Sequence record: OQ589852.1
Length of the DNA stretch: 45,270 bases
Source of the DNA: Escherichia phage Ioannina
Reading direction: 5' to 3' (one strand)
The notes under the pieces are model-generated. The model was not told where the DNA came from and did not search any database. It saw nothing but the letters and a program-made list of their open reading frames with translations. Of the stretch, positions 1-9,959 are shown piece after piece. The first letter of the stretch is position 1, and each line of letters begins with the position of its first letter. The position numbers were made by a program, and so were the translations under genes.

Positions 1-21
1 ATGCATAAAGGGGTTATTATC

Positions 22-573
22 ATGGCAGAAATCAAGGTAAAAGGCCGTCGTGCGAAGTTAGACGGGCGAGTCGCAGTCACTCCACGCCGCAAACCGGGCG
101 AGCAAACCGAACACACCAATCTCGGACCTGAAATCGAGTACGGCAAACGCCGGAAAGGGGGCAAGTGTGGCCGTCCTACTGATTATCGGTCTGTTTATTG
201 TCGCCAGTTGCGAGATTATTTTGCTTCAGCCGACGCATGGCAAGTCAACTACTCGGACAAGGGTGCGGCGCAAGTTATCCCACGTAACAAGATGCCAACA
301 CTTGGGCGCTTTGCGGCGGAAATCGGGGTAGGCGTAGCATGTCTGTATCGCTGGGCGCGTAAGCACGAAGAATTTGCCGAGGCGATGGCGGACGCGATGG
401 AACTGCAAAAGACCTTTCTCATGGAAGCGGGTGGCGTGACTATTGCTGCGGGATTTGCTGCATTCCTGCTTAAAGCCAACCACGGCGTACGCGACGATGC
501 ACCGCTGGAAGATGACGACGATGATAACGGCGACGTCACTGTGGAGCCAGCCGGTAAAGGGCAGGGCGAGTAA
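22..573 (+). CDS. terminase small subunit (putative)
   Basis: ORF immediately upstream of and overlapping the large terminase start (TAATG); HTH-like segment (ACLYRWARKHEEF), acidic C-terminus; AGGGG RBS before ATG at 22. The ATG at 1 is an alternative start. Confidence 0.55.
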   Translation: MAEIKVKGRRAKLDGRVAVTPRRKPGEQTEHTNLGPEIEYGKRRKGGKCGRPTDYRSVYCRQLRDYFASADAWQVNYSDKGAAQVIPRNKMPTLGRFAAEIGVGVACLYRWARKHEEFAEAMADAMELQKTFLMEAGGVTIAAGFAAFLLKANHGVRDDAPLEDDDDDNGDVTVEPAGKGQGE

Positions 574-1958
574 TGCGTAACTACGCGGCAGAGCACCGCG
601 CACTAGATCGCAAGCTGGCGAAACGCAACCGTCCGCCTAAACCTACCCGTGTAGCGCAAGCGGTCCGGCTATACCAGCCGGATTGCCTGCCGCACCAGGT
701 AGAGCTACTCCGCGACACGAAGACCAAAATCCTCGGCCTGTGTTCCGGCTTCGGCGGTGGAAAGTCATGGTCGGCGGCCCGTAAAGTCGTCCAGCTTCTG
801 TGCCTGAATCCTGGCTATGACGGCATTGTGACCGAGCCGACAATCCCGCTTCTGGTTAAAATCATGTACCCGGAGCTAGAGAAGTCTTTCGACGAGGCCG
901 GTTTGCGCTGGAAGTTCAATAAACAGGATAAGATTTATAACGTACTGGTGAAGGGTAAATGGACCCGCGTGATTTGCGAGTCAATGGAGAACTACACCCG
1001 CTTGATCGGTATTAACGCCGCGTGGATTGTTGCCGATGAGTTCGACACCACGAAGCAGGACGTCGCTATGGCGGCGTATCACAAGCTACTCGGTCGTTTG
1101 CGTGCTGGTAATGTGCGTCAGTTCGTCATCGTATCCACGCCAGAAGGCTTCCGGGCGATGTATCAGATTTTCGAAGTGGAGAAGGATAGCCAGAAACGTC
1201 TGATCCGGGCGAAGACTACCGACAACTTCCACTTACCGCCAGACTTCATCGACACGCTGCGAAGCCAGTACCCGGCAAACCTGATTGACGCATACCTGGA
1301 CGGTAAATTCGTCAACCTTACATCAGGTGCGGTGTACAAGATGTTCGACCGTGAGCAGAACGCCAGTACCGAGGAAGTGCAGCCAGAAGACACGCTAATC
1401 ATTGGCATGGACTTTAACGTCACGAAGATGGCGGCTGTGGTGTACGTCAGACGGCAGCGAGTCACGGAGGCGAAGGAGTTCCGCGACGAAATCCACGCAG
1501 TCGATGAGTTTGTTGACTTGTTCGATACGCCTGCAATGATTGACGAGATTGAGGCACGCTACCCCGATCATTGTGCTGCCGGTAAGGTGGTGATTTACCC
1601 GGATAGCAGTGGCAAGTCCCGTAAGACGGTCAACGCGTCCTCTTCGGATATTGCACAACTGGAAGACGCAGGCTTTGAGGTGGAATATGACAGCGTTAAC
1701 CCGCCGGTAAAAGACCGCCTGATTGCCATGAATACGATGATGTGTAACTCGAAGGGTGTGCGTCAGTATTTTGTGAATATGGCTAAATGCCCTACACTGG
1801 CAAAATGTTTAGAACAGCAGGTTTACGACCTGAAGAAAGGCGAGCCGGATAAAACGGCCGGTGTGGACCACATGAATGACGCCGCGGGCTATCCGATTGT
1901 GCACCTGTTCCCTGTGATTCGACCGATTGCCGTTGTTCCGACCGTCGATTTCTACTAA
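573..1958 (+). CDS. terminase large subunit
   Basis: 461 aa; Walker A-like GFGGGKS near N-terminus, nuclease-like C-terminal half; sits between TerS and portal. Confidence 0.85.
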   Translation: MRNYAAEHRALDRKLAKRNRPPKPTRVAQAVRLYQPDCLPHQVELLRDTKTKILGLCSGFGGGKSWSAARKVVQLLCLNPGYDGIVTEPTIPLLVKIMYPELEKSFDEAGLRWKFNKQDKIYNVLVKGKWTRVICESMENYTRLIGINAAWIVADEFDTTKQDVAMAAYHKLLGRLRAGNVRQFVIVSTPEGFRAMYQIFEVEKDSQKRLIRAKTTDNFHLPPDFIDTLRSQYPANLIDAYLDGKFVNLTSGAVYKMFDREQNASTEEVQPEDTLIIGMDFNVTKMAAVVYVRRQRVTEAKEFRDEIHAVDEFVDLFDTPAMIDEIEARYPDHCAAGKVVIYPDSSGKSRKTVNASSSDIAQLEDAGFEVEYDSVNPPVKDRLIAMNTMMCNSKGVRQYFVNMAKCPTLAKCLEQQVYDLKKGEPDKTAGVDHMNDAAGYPIVHLFPVIRPIAVVPTVDFY

Positions 1959-1970
1959 GAGGATAATTTA

Positions 1971-3491
1971 ATGTCTGTAAACGTGGACAACCAACACCCA
2001 CTCTACGCGCGCATTGCGCCTGAGTGGAAGATGATCCGTGACTGCGTTGCAGGTGAAAGGGCCGTTAAAGCGTGCGGCCCGCTTTACTTGCCGTTTCCGT
2101 CCAGTGGCGACAACACCGACCCAAAAGCGAAGGCCCGCTACAATGCATACAAGCAACGTGCGGTCTTCCTGAACGCCACCGCTCGCACGCTTAACGCGTT
2201 GCTGGGTATCGCCTTTGCGAAGCCAGTCACCATGAAGCTGTCCGGTAAAATCGCCGAGCTTATCGACGACGTAGACGGCAGCGGAATGCCATTGCCGCAG
2301 TTACTGCGTGGAGCGATGTCGGAAGTGCTGCAATCCGGGCGAGCCGGTTTTATGGTGGACTATGACCGCCAGGCGCATTTTGACGAACTGGGTAACGTCG
2401 TGCCGCAAACCGCCGCAGAGATGGCGATGCACCGTCCGCTCATTAAGCTGTACACGGCAGAGCAGATCATCAACTGGCGACAGACCCACGGGCAGGACAC
2501 CTTGATCGTGCTGAAAGAGTGCGACGAAATCAGCACCGAAGATACCGACGATTTCGCAAACCACGAAGTTACGATATGGACCGAGCTACGAATGGTCAAC
2601 GGCAAAGCACACGCCCGCCGCTGGTTTTTCAACGCAGACACGTCCGAAGTGCAGATGGATTTACCGCGTGGCTTTACCAAAACCGACCTGGTGCCGCTGG
2701 TAGATTCTGCCGGTCGCGCACTGGATAGCCTGCCGTTTTGCTGGTGTGGTGCAGTCGATAACAACGCCACCCCGGACGCCGCGCCGCTGGCTGATATTGC
2801 GTCCATCAACATTAAGCACTACAACGCCGAAGCGGACGTTGCTGAGATTGCGCACATCGTAGGCCAGCCGACGCTAATCACTACCGGTCTGACCCAATCA
2901 TGGGCCGATAAAAACCTGAAGGGTGGTATCGCGCTCGGTGCGACGAAGGGTGTTATCTTGGGCCAGAACATGGACGCCAAACTGCTTCAGGCCGAAGAAC
3001 GCAACCTGTCCGTGGCATTGTGTGAACGCCGTGAGAAACAGATGGCTAAACTCGGTGCGGCGCTGGTGGAGAAGGGGAGCGCACCTAAAACGGCAACAGA
3101 AGCGGCCTACGACGCGCAGACTGATAACAGTATCTTGTCGCTGATTGCCGGTAACGTTGAGAAGGCATTCAACAAGGCGCTTCAGATCGTGCAGTTGTTC
3201 ACTGGTGACACCGCCGAGCAGACTGTAACCCTGAACAAGTTCTACACCGAAATCACGGTGGATGCGCAGTTGATGACCGCAATGATGAGCGGTGTACAGA
3301 CTGGGACGGTCCGTCTTTCTGATTTCATCAAATGGATGATGGCACAGGGTGTAATCGACGATTCGCAGACTGTAGACCAGGTGGAAGACGACTTGCGGAA
3401 TCAGAATCCGTTGCCGCAAATGTCACCGGATGCGGTAAACTTGGACGATGACGAATCGGACAAGGTAGATGACGATGCCGAGGAAAATTAA
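1971..3491 (+). CDS. portal protein
   Basis: 506 aa directly after TerL; acidic C-terminal tail (DDDESDKVDDDAEEN); size and position typical. Confidence 0.75.
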   Translation: MSVNVDNQHPLYARIAPEWKMIRDCVAGERAVKACGPLYLPFPSSGDNTDPKAKARYNAYKQRAVFLNATARTLNALLGIAFAKPVTMKLSGKIAELIDDVDGSGMPLPQLLRGAMSEVLQSGRAGFMVDYDRQAHFDELGNVVPQTAAEMAMHRPLIKLYTAEQIINWRQTHGQDTLIVLKECDEISTEDTDDFANHEVTIWTELRMVNGKAHARRWFFNADTSEVQMDLPRGFTKTDLVPLVDSAGRALDSLPFCWCGAVDNNATPDAAPLADIASINIKHYNAEADVAEIAHIVGQPTLITTGLTQSWADKNLKGGIALGATKGVILGQNMDAKLLQAEERNLSVALCERREKQMAKLGAALVEKGSAPKTATEAAYDAQTDNSILSLIAGNVEKAFNKALQIVQLFTGDTAEQTVTLNKFYTEITVDAQLMTAMMSGVQTGTVRLSDFIKWMMAQGVIDDSQTVDQVEDDLRNQNPLPQMSPDAVNLDDDESDKVDDDAEEN

Positions 3492-4578
3492 CCAACGACT
3501 GGCGGATCGCATGATTCGCCGTCACATCTTCACCCAGCGCCTGAGCAATGAGCAGGCGCGTAAAGTGCTGGCAATGTGGCAAAAATTCCGTCCTACGTTA
3601 CTGGGTAAGCTGACCGAATTACTTGAGGGCAAGAAGTCAATGAGCAATAAGGCGCTTACCACTCTGCTAACCCAAATCGACAAAACGGTTAAGACCGAAC
3701 TGCGCGACGAGTTTAAAGTGCTGGCTGAAGGTCTGGCGGAGTTTGCCGATACCGAGGCTGAATATCTGACCGACACATTAACGGCAGCACTGCAACCTGC
3801 GCTTTCAGTCCCTGCCGTTGAGGTGGTTGGTGTAGTGACCGGTGCGCAGATTGCAGCGACGGCTATGAAAAATCCATTCCAGGGCAACACGCTTATGCAA
3901 TGGCCTGATTCTCTGTCAGAATGGACCAGAACGCAGATCAGCAATCAGGTGCGCGCCGGATTTATCCAGGGCAAACCTACTATGCAAATTATTGCGGACG
4001 TCAAGCGCGCGTTGGGCGGTCGTAGCGCGCAGGCCATTTCAAGCGTGGTCAAGTCCGCAGTCAACCACTATGCGGCGACCGCACGCGAATTAATGGTAAA
4101 AGCAAATGATGATATTCTCGACGGTCGCCAGTGGCTTTCTACACTGGATACTCACACCTCAACGCTCTGTCAGTTACGCGATCGCCTGTTTTATCCGGTT
4201 GATGTTACCCCCGAAACAAAAGGGAAACGGGACGGGAAAGTGGTGGCTGGATCACAGTATGGCGCTGGTCCTGGCAAGCTACATTATTGTTGCCGTTCTA
4301 CCGAGACGTGGAAAGTCAAGGGTATGGAAGATTGGCCCAGTGGTAAGCGTCCGGCACTGAAGGCCGAAGCGGGTAAACTGCTAAGTGAGCAGGTCAGTGC
4401 TAAGACGGACTTCTTCTCCTGGGTACAGCGCCAGCCGCGGCATATCCTTGAGGAATTATACGGAGTGCAGCGCGCGGACCAGATCCTGCGAGGCGTGAAA
4501 GTTCCGACCATGTTTAACGACGCGGGCGAGCTTATGACGATTCAACAACCAAAAAATAAGGGGTTATGGCGTGATTAA
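3469..4578 (+). CDS. minor head / head morphogenesis protein (Mu gpF / SPP1 gp7-like)
   Basis: 369 aa following and overlapping the portal gene; start codon uncertain (several in-frame Met). Confidence 0.55.
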   Translation: MTMPRKINQRLADRMIRRHIFTQRLSNEQARKVLAMWQKFRPTLLGKLTELLEGKKSMSNKALTTLLTQIDKTVKTELRDEFKVLAEGLAEFADTEAEYLTDTLTAALQPALSVPAVEVVGVVTGAQIAATAMKNPFQGNTLMQWPDSLSEWTRTQISNQVRAGFIQGKPTMQIIADVKRALGGRSAQAISSVVKSAVNHYAATARELMVKANDDILDGRQWLSTLDTHTSTLCQLRDRLFYPVDVTPETKGKRDGKVVAGSQYGAGPGKLHYCCRSTETWKVKGMEDWPSGKRPALKAEAGKLLSEQVSAKTDFFSWVQRQPRHILEELYGVQRADQILRGVKVPTMFNDAGELMTIQQPKNKGLWRD

Positions 4579-4879
4579 ATACGCAGCAGCCGGATTGATT
4601 CTCGGCCTTGTAATTGGGTTCTGGCAAGGTGACAACTATCGTGCTGGCGTGGTGGCGGAGGCGGCGCAGGAAGCGCAAGCCAAAGCCCAACGGCAGCAAA
4701 CTAAGGTAATCCATGAGTCGGTACAGAAAGAGCAGGCCCGCGAAGTGGAGTTCCGCACAGTTGAGAAAGAGGTGATTAAATATGTCACGCGTCCTGATCG
4801 CGATAATTGTAAGTTTGATGCTGACCGCGTGCGGATCAAGCAACGTGCCGTTGATGCCGCTAACGGAATCAGCAATTAA
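4571..4879 (+). CDS. Rz-like i-spanin
   Basis: N-terminal TM helix (AAAGLILGLVIGFW), Q/A/E-rich coiled coil; an out-of-frame lipoprotein ORF overlaps its 3' half, the classic Rz/Rz1 arrangement. Confidence 0.6.
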   Translation: MIKYAAAGLILGLVIGFWQGDNYRAGVVAEAAQEAQAKAQRQQTKVIHESVQKEQAREVEFRTVEKEVIKYVTRPDRDNCKFDADRVRIKQRAVDAANGISN

Positions 4880-5012
4880 GCCGCCGTGTAAGTTTGAGTC
4901 GCCATCGGAAGATCCGGACGAAGATTTAGCGATTGATGTGCGAAATATGAAATGCGGGGCGGAGTTAAGGGCACAAGTGCTGGATTTGCAGAAATTAATT
5001 AAGGGGCCGTAA
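4782..5012 (+). CDS. Rz1-like o-spanin lipoprotein
   Basis: Signal peptide with lipobox LTAC, Pro-rich mature part with Cys; begins inside Rz in another frame and runs past its stop. Confidence 0.65.
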   Translation: MSRVLIAIIVSLMLTACGSSNVPLMPLTESAIKPPCKFESPSEDPDEDLAIDVRNMKCGAELRAQVLDLQKLIKGP

Positions 5013-5025
5013 TGGCCCCTTTCTA
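5002..5025. terminator. bidirectional rho-independent terminator (AAGGGGCC-loop-GGCCCCTTT)
   Basis: GC-rich perfect stem flanked by A-run and T-run; lies between convergent Rz1 and the minus-strand gene. Confidence 0.7.
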
Positions 5026-5787
5026 TTAGCGCGGAATACCGCAGATTTCGTTTAGTGTCTTCACGTCAAGCGCTACTGCCGTTGACTTCTTCTCTTCCTG
5101 CGGGATGAACTGTTTCACTTCAGGCCATGCCTTAATAAGTTTGGTGTCTGTAGTGTACTTATTCAGAGTACCCATAACTGACAATTTAAACTCATCGTAT
5201 TTAGCACGTAAATCGCGGCGCGCCTTGTCGTTCTTATCCAGACGTTTGCAAAATTCATGCTCTGCCGGGTAATCTGCACGACCGCGAGGCTTGTAGATCG
5301 GCACTTGCTCACCTTCCGCGTTAATTTCCACCAGCGCCGTAAGTAGCGCAGTTTCAAACCCAGGTACGATTTCGCCAATGTCCGGGGCCATCGAGTTATT
5401 GTAGCGGTCTTCCCAGTAGCCTCGGTGACAGCGGCTGCTGTAGTTATCACCGCTCAATGACAGTGTGCGGATGTTACCACCCATGTTGACTTCGAACGTT
5501 GCATCGTACACAGCACCAATGCCGTGGGGCATGTCCTTGTTATGGCTGAAGGTTGCACGGCTGGCGTACACGCTTATGCTAAACATGCCGTTATTTGTGT
5601 CTTGATAGCTGCGCATCATTTTCTGCAACCCAACGAAGCTGGTAACACCTTTCGGCATCTGATCCAGAGTGATATCCAGCGCCAGGTCGCGCGATTCGGT
5701 CATTAACTTTTTGGCCTGCTTCGTGATTTCGTGGCCTGCCAGGATGTTAGCCAGGATTTGCTTTTTAATGTCTTTAGTCAGTCTCAT
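5026..5787 (-). CDS. hypothetical protein, early-promoter-driven minus-strand gene inside the structural module
   Basis: About 253 aa from MRLTKDIKK with GAGGAAACAACA RBS; own promoter upstream and own terminator downstream; no recognisable motif. Confidence 0.5.
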   Translation of the reverse strand: MRLTKDIKKQILANILAGHEITKQAKKLMTESRDLALDITLDQMPKGVTSFVGLQKMMRSYQDTNNGMFSISVYASRATFSHNKDMPHGIGAVYDATFEVNMGGNIRTLSLSGDNYSSRCHRGYWEDRYNNSMAPDIGEIVPGFETALLTALVEINAEGEQVPIYKPRGRADYPAEHEFCKRLDKNDKARRDLRAKYDEFKLSVMGTLNKYTTDTKLIKAWPEVKQFIPQEEKKSTAVALDVKTLNEICGIPR

Positions 5788-5810
5788 TGTTGTTTCCTCG
5801 TTTGTTGGTG

Positions 5811-5885
5811 TGCAACCAATATATTGCAACCAATTAGCCAATGCAAGCAAATTTTGTGATTATTTTTATCACTGATAATATTAAG
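5811..5885. promoter_or_regulatory. divergent promoter region with tandem TGCAACCAAT repeats
   Basis: Minus strand reads TTGCAT-N17-TATATT, overlapping two ATTGGTTGCA copies; plus strand has TTGTGA-N16-TAATAT upstream of the scaffold gene. Confidence 0.55.
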
Positions 5886-5937
5886 GGCGTGAAGTCGAGC
5901 GGGTGGCCCGCTCTGCCACAATCCCTGGGGGATGTTA

Positions 5938-6641
5938 TGAAACTGACTAAAGCAGAATATGACGCGTTGCCTGAAGGCATGAAAGCATTGTTTGTTGCCG
6001 ATGGTGACGGGTACAAGGCGACGTTTATGACCGCCGAAGAAGTACAGGCCGAGATCAAAGGTCTGAAGGATAACAACGCGAAGCTGGTAGGCGAGAAAAA
6101 GGCAGAAGCCGAACGCCGTGCCGAAGCGGAGCGACTCGCTAAAGAGAAAGAGGAAGCCGCAGCGCGCAAGAACGGCGACCTTGAAGCGATCGATAAGTCC
6201 TGGCAGGACAAGTTTACTAAATACGATGCGGATACGAAGGGCAAAATCGAAGCCTACCGCAAACAGATTCACGATCTTACCATCGGCAGCACTGCCAAAG
6301 ACCTGGCATCAAAGCTGTTCGGTAAGAACGCTGGCATTATGCAACGCCACGTCATGGACCGCCTTGCGCTGGAAGAAGGCGAAGACGGCAGTCTGAAAGT
6401 GCGCGTATTGCAGGACGGCAAACCATCCGCACTGACTATGGAAGAACTGGAGAAAGAGTTCCGTAGTAACGAAGATTTCGCGTCCGTCCTGGCGGGTACG
6501 CCTGCCGGTGGTGCGCCGAGCAAACCGACCCATGTAATCGACGATCCGAAATCTAAGATTCAGATGGGTCATAGCTTCGGCATCACTGACTTGACCAAAC
6601 AGGCCAGCGATATTATCGCCAAACTGGGCGACGACGAGTAA
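5938..6641 (+). CDS. scaffolding protein
   Basis: About 234 aa from MKLTKAEYDAL; charged coiled-coil (AEAERRAEAERLAKEKEEAAARK); directly upstream of major capsid gene. The track's longer ORF from 5841 is probably an over-extension. Confidence 0.65.
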
Positions 6642-6644
6642 GCA

Positions 6645-6680
6645 GGTTGCCCGCGAAAGCGGGCAATTTTGCGAGCGTGA
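6645..6680 (+). terminator. rho-independent terminator/attenuator
   Basis: TTGCCCGC-GAAA-GCGGGCAA hairpin followed by TTTT. Confidence 0.6.
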
Positions 6681-6738
6681 AAAATTAGGGTAACATTAAA
6701 AGCACTGGGCGATTGCTCTCTACTCAAAGGATAAACTT

Positions 6739-7860
6739 ATGTCTTTAACAGTGTTCCAGCGTAAACTCGTCACCGCGGTTACGCAAATGATCCCCGACAA
6801 CTTGAACGTCTTCAACGCTGCCGCTAACGGCGCGGTCGTTCTCGGTACTGGCGAAGTGCTGAAAGATGTTGTCGAGAAGATGTCTGTAGGTCTGATCGCC
6901 AACCTGGTGTCTGACCGTAACGCATATGCCCCGGTTGGTACTCCTGCCGATGCGAAAGTGCTGGCGCGTATGCTGACCAACTCCGTTAACCTGTCCGCGA
7001 AAGTCGGTCCTGTTGCAATCACCAAAGCTATGATGGCTAAAATCGAAACCAACGTTAACAGCGTTGCGGCTGAGATTGCGGCACAGGCTACTCAAGCTAT
7101 CTTGCTGCACTACCTGAAAGCGGGTATCGGCGCTGGTAAAGCTGCGATCGACTCTAACGATGCGGCGAAATATACCCAACCGGCGCGCGTTGACGGTGTA
7201 GGCGGTCGTACCTTCCCGACCCTGGCAGACTTCCCGCTGGCGGCGGCTAAGTTCGGCGATCAGGCATCTCTGATTAAGTCCTGGTTTATGGACGGTGTGA
7301 CCTGGGCTAACTTCATTGCATATCAGGCGCTGCCTTCTGCTGAGCAGGTGTTCGCGATCGGCGACCTTCAGGTAATGGGTGATGGCTTAGGCCGCCGCTT
7401 TATTATCTCCGATGCCGCTGCCGATGCAATGGGCGCTGGCAAAATGCTGGGTCTTGTTCCGGGCGCGGTAGCAGTTACTACCAACGGTCTGGATATGCTG
7501 GCGCAGGAGCGTGGTGGTAACGAGAACATCGAGCGCTGGTGGCAGGGTGAGTTTGACTTTAACGTCGCTGTTAAAGGCTATCGCATGACCGCGGCAGCAC
7601 GCGCAGGCGTTGAAGGCGTCCGTTCCTTCAAACTGGCTGATATTACCAATACCAGTAACTGGGAACTGGATCAGGGCCAGGTCGATAACGCGCCGTACAC
7701 TACCTACGACGTTGGCGGCACGGATACTGAAGAGGGATCTACCACTTCACTGAAAGAGAAAGGTCGTCGTCGTAAGCAGGACGCGCAGGCCGTACCGACC
7801 CGCCACATCAAGGAAACTGCCGGTGTGTTGGTAACTCTGACGGCAACCACCGCATCTTAA
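6739..7860 (+). CDS. major capsid protein
   Basis: 373 aa, Ala/Gly/Val-rich; follows scaffold; strong terminator hairpin after the stop. Confidence 0.8.
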   Translation: MSLTVFQRKLVTAVTQMIPDNLNVFNAAANGAVVLGTGEVLKDVVEKMSVGLIANLVSDRNAYAPVGTPADAKVLARMLTNSVNLSAKVGPVAITKAMMAKIETNVNSVAAEIAAQATQAILLHYLKAGIGAGKAAIDSNDAAKYTQPARVDGVGGRTFPTLADFPLAAAKFGDQASLIKSWFMDGVTWANFIAYQALPSAEQVFAIGDLQVMGDGLGRRFIISDAAADAMGAGKMLGLVPGAVAVTTNGLDMLAQERGGNENIERWWQGEFDFNVAVKGYRMTAAARAGVEGVRSFKLADITNTSNWELDQGQVDNAPYTTYDVGGTDTEEGSTTSLKEKGRRRKQDAQAVPTRHIKETAGVLVTLTATTAS

Positions 7861-7867
7861 TCGGTGC

Positions 7868-7900
7868 ATACCCAAACGGGGCGGGCTTAAGCCCGCCTTT
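7868..7900 (+). terminator. rho-independent terminator
   Basis: GGCGGGCTT-AA-GCCCGCC then TTTTTT. Confidence 0.7.
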
Positions 7901-7917
7901 TTTATAGGAGCAATATC

Positions 7918-8418
7918 ATGTATGGCGACCCACAAACATTTGTAGATTATGCCAACGCGCGAGGCGTAGAAGTCACATTGGGAGATGCAACGCAGCACTT
8001 GACCGTCGTTAACGACTTCCTGAACGGCCTCGACTGGATCGGCGACCCTGCGGACCATCTCGGCGTCGATGCGTGGCCTCGTATGAATTTCACCTCCGAC
8101 GGTAAGCCAATCCGCGAAACGGACACGCTTGACATCACCACTATTCCGAAAGGCCAGCAAGTCGAGTTTTCTGCAATTCCCGTTGCCGTTGAGCAGGCGG
8201 TTTATCGACTTGCCTTGCTGGTGGCGGACGGCATTGATATTTCACCCATCGGCGGTGGTAAAGAAACAATCCGCGAAACGGTTGGCCCGATTACGATGGA
8301 ATATGACCCGTCTACCTTTGGCGGTTATGTTTCGTTCCCGTGGTGGGATGGTATGCTGAGCTACTGGTTGAACACCGAAGGCAACGCAGCCGGTAACTTT
8401 GACGTATACAGAGGTTGA
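7918..8418 (+). CDS. head-tail connector / head completion protein (putative)
   Basis: 166 aa; position between capsid and tail genes; AGGAG RBS. Confidence 0.4.
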   Translation: MYGDPQTFVDYANARGVEVTLGDATQHLTVVNDFLNGLDWIGDPADHLGVDAWPRMNFTSDGKPIRETDTLDITTIPKGQQVEFSAIPVAVEQAVYRLALLVADGIDISPIGGGKETIRETVGPITMEYDPSTFGGYVSFPWWDGMLSYWLNTEGNAAGNFDVYRG

Positions 8419-8420
8419 TT

Positions 8421-8882
8421 ATGAATCCTGCAATCATCGTAGCGATGCTGGCGGCGTTGGCTACTAAAGAAGACGAGCCAGAAGTAGAACAACCGGAGGC
8501 CGGAACAACCAGAAGGAGGCGAAAGAGGATGGCGGGCTTTGACTATCGGGCGTTGAAACGGAAAGTTAATCCGTTGATTAATAAATTTGGCATGAAGGTG
8601 ATGGCATCACGTCCAGGCGGCGTGGTGCGCGTGGGCGGCGAGGAAGTGGTGACGCCGCCGTTATCGTTTGAAATCGTCGGCCTGCGTGAAGAATACAAGC
8701 CGCATGAGATAGACGGAACGCGTGTCCTTTCCGGGGACGTTAAATTTTTATGCCAGGCTACCGAGCAGTTGCAGGTTGGTGACACGGTTAATCTGAATAA
8801 CATCGACTACCGCGTGGTGAATCCTAACCCCCTGCAACCGGCAGCTACAACAATGCTGTTCCAGTTACAGCTAAGGGGCTAA
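8421..8882 (+). CDS. head-tail joining protein (putative)
   Basis: About 153 aa from MNPAII with GAGG RBS; call by position only. Confidence 0.35.
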   Translation: MNPAIIVAMLAALATKEDEPEVEQPEAGTTRRRRKRMAGFDYRALKRKVNPLINKFGMKVMASRPGGVVRVGGEEVVTPPLSFEIVGLREEYKPHEIDGTRVLSGDVKFLCQATEQLQVGDTVNLNNIDYRVVNPNPLQPAATTMLFQLQLRG

Positions 8883-8883
8883 C

Positions 8884-9474
8884 GTGGCAGAACAGTATTC
8901 TTTCGCGGCTACGATCGCAACGTGGGTAGAGAAGACGAAAGAGAACAACGATAAGGCGGTGCGGGCGGTGGGTATGCAAATCCTCGGTCGCCTTATCGAG
9001 ATCTCGCCAGTTGGCGACCCGAAGCGCTGGAAGATTAACCGCGCTTTCGCCCTTGCGCGGGAACACGCTAACAGAGTTAACGCCGCACAGCGCAAGAAGA
9101 ACGGCGGCAAACTGAAGCGAGGCCAGAAGAAGCACGCAAGCGTACTGGTTAGCTTCACGACGAAGAAAGGGCAGGTGACTTTCCGCCAGCGTGGCTGGGC
9201 AGCTAAGAATTACACCGGCGGGCGCTTCCGGGGAAACTGGCAGGTGTCATTTGATCGCCCGGCTACCGGTACAGTTGACCGCATCGACAAGGCGGGGGCC
9301 GCCACACTTGCCGCAGGGCGTGAGATTCTGGTGCAGTATGATTCGGACACGTACGGGTCGATCTGGTTTACTAACAATGTGCCGTATGCGCAGCGACTGG
9401 AGTACGGCTGGAGTAAACAAGCGCCCGCGGGCATCGTCCGCGTAGTGGCGGCAGAAATTAATTCGAAGGTGTGA
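8884..9474 (+). CDS. neck / head-tail joining protein (putative)
   Basis: 196 aa, GTG start after AAGGGG; call by position. Confidence 0.4.
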   Translation: MAEQYSFAATIATWVEKTKENNDKAVRAVGMQILGRLIEISPVGDPKRWKINRAFALAREHANRVNAAQRKKNGGKLKRGQKKHASVLVSFTTKKGQVTFRQRGWAAKNYTGGRFRGNWQVSFDRPATGTVDRIDKAGAATLAAGREILVQYDSDTYGSIWFTNNVPYAQRLEYGWSKQAPAGIVRVVAAEINSKV

Positions 9475-9475
9475 T

Positions 9476-9898
9476 ATGAGCAATACTAAAATCCGGAAGG
9501 CGCTGAATAGCGTAGTGGAAGAGTTAGCCGCGGAATTGCAGACGGGTACGCGCATTATCCGCATCAACTGGGAGAATATTGCGGGCGACCACGCAGACGG
9601 CAACGGCATCTACCTAGAGCCGTACCTGCTACCGGCCCCGACCCAGTTTGTTGGCCTACAGCAGAAGGGACGGATCTACGCGGGCGTGTATCAGGTTGCC
9701 GTAGTGTTCCCCGCGGACACGGGCACGCAGTATGCCAGCGAACTGGCGGACACCATTGCCGAGTCGCCAAAGTGGCAGAACGTGAAAATTGACGGCATGA
9801 CGTTCCAGTTACAAGATGCACCGTACACCAGTCCGGTGACTGAAGATATTGACGCGGCGCGCATTGTAATCACGGTTATGTACCACGGTTGCGCCTGA
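9476..9898 (+). CDS. tail completion / tail terminator protein (putative)
   Basis: 140 aa immediately upstream of major tail gene. Confidence 0.4.
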   Translation: MSNTKIRKALNSVVEELAAELQTGTRIIRINWENIAGDHADGNGIYLEPYLLPAPTQFVGLQQKGRIYAGVYQVAVVFPADTGTQYASELADTIAESPKWQNVKIDGMTFQLQDAPYTSPVTEDIDAARIVITVMYHGCA

Positions 9899-9959
9899 TT
9901 TGGCGCAATTCAGCGTGTGCGGTATCATTAATCGGAATAACTAAACAGGAGCATTCATT

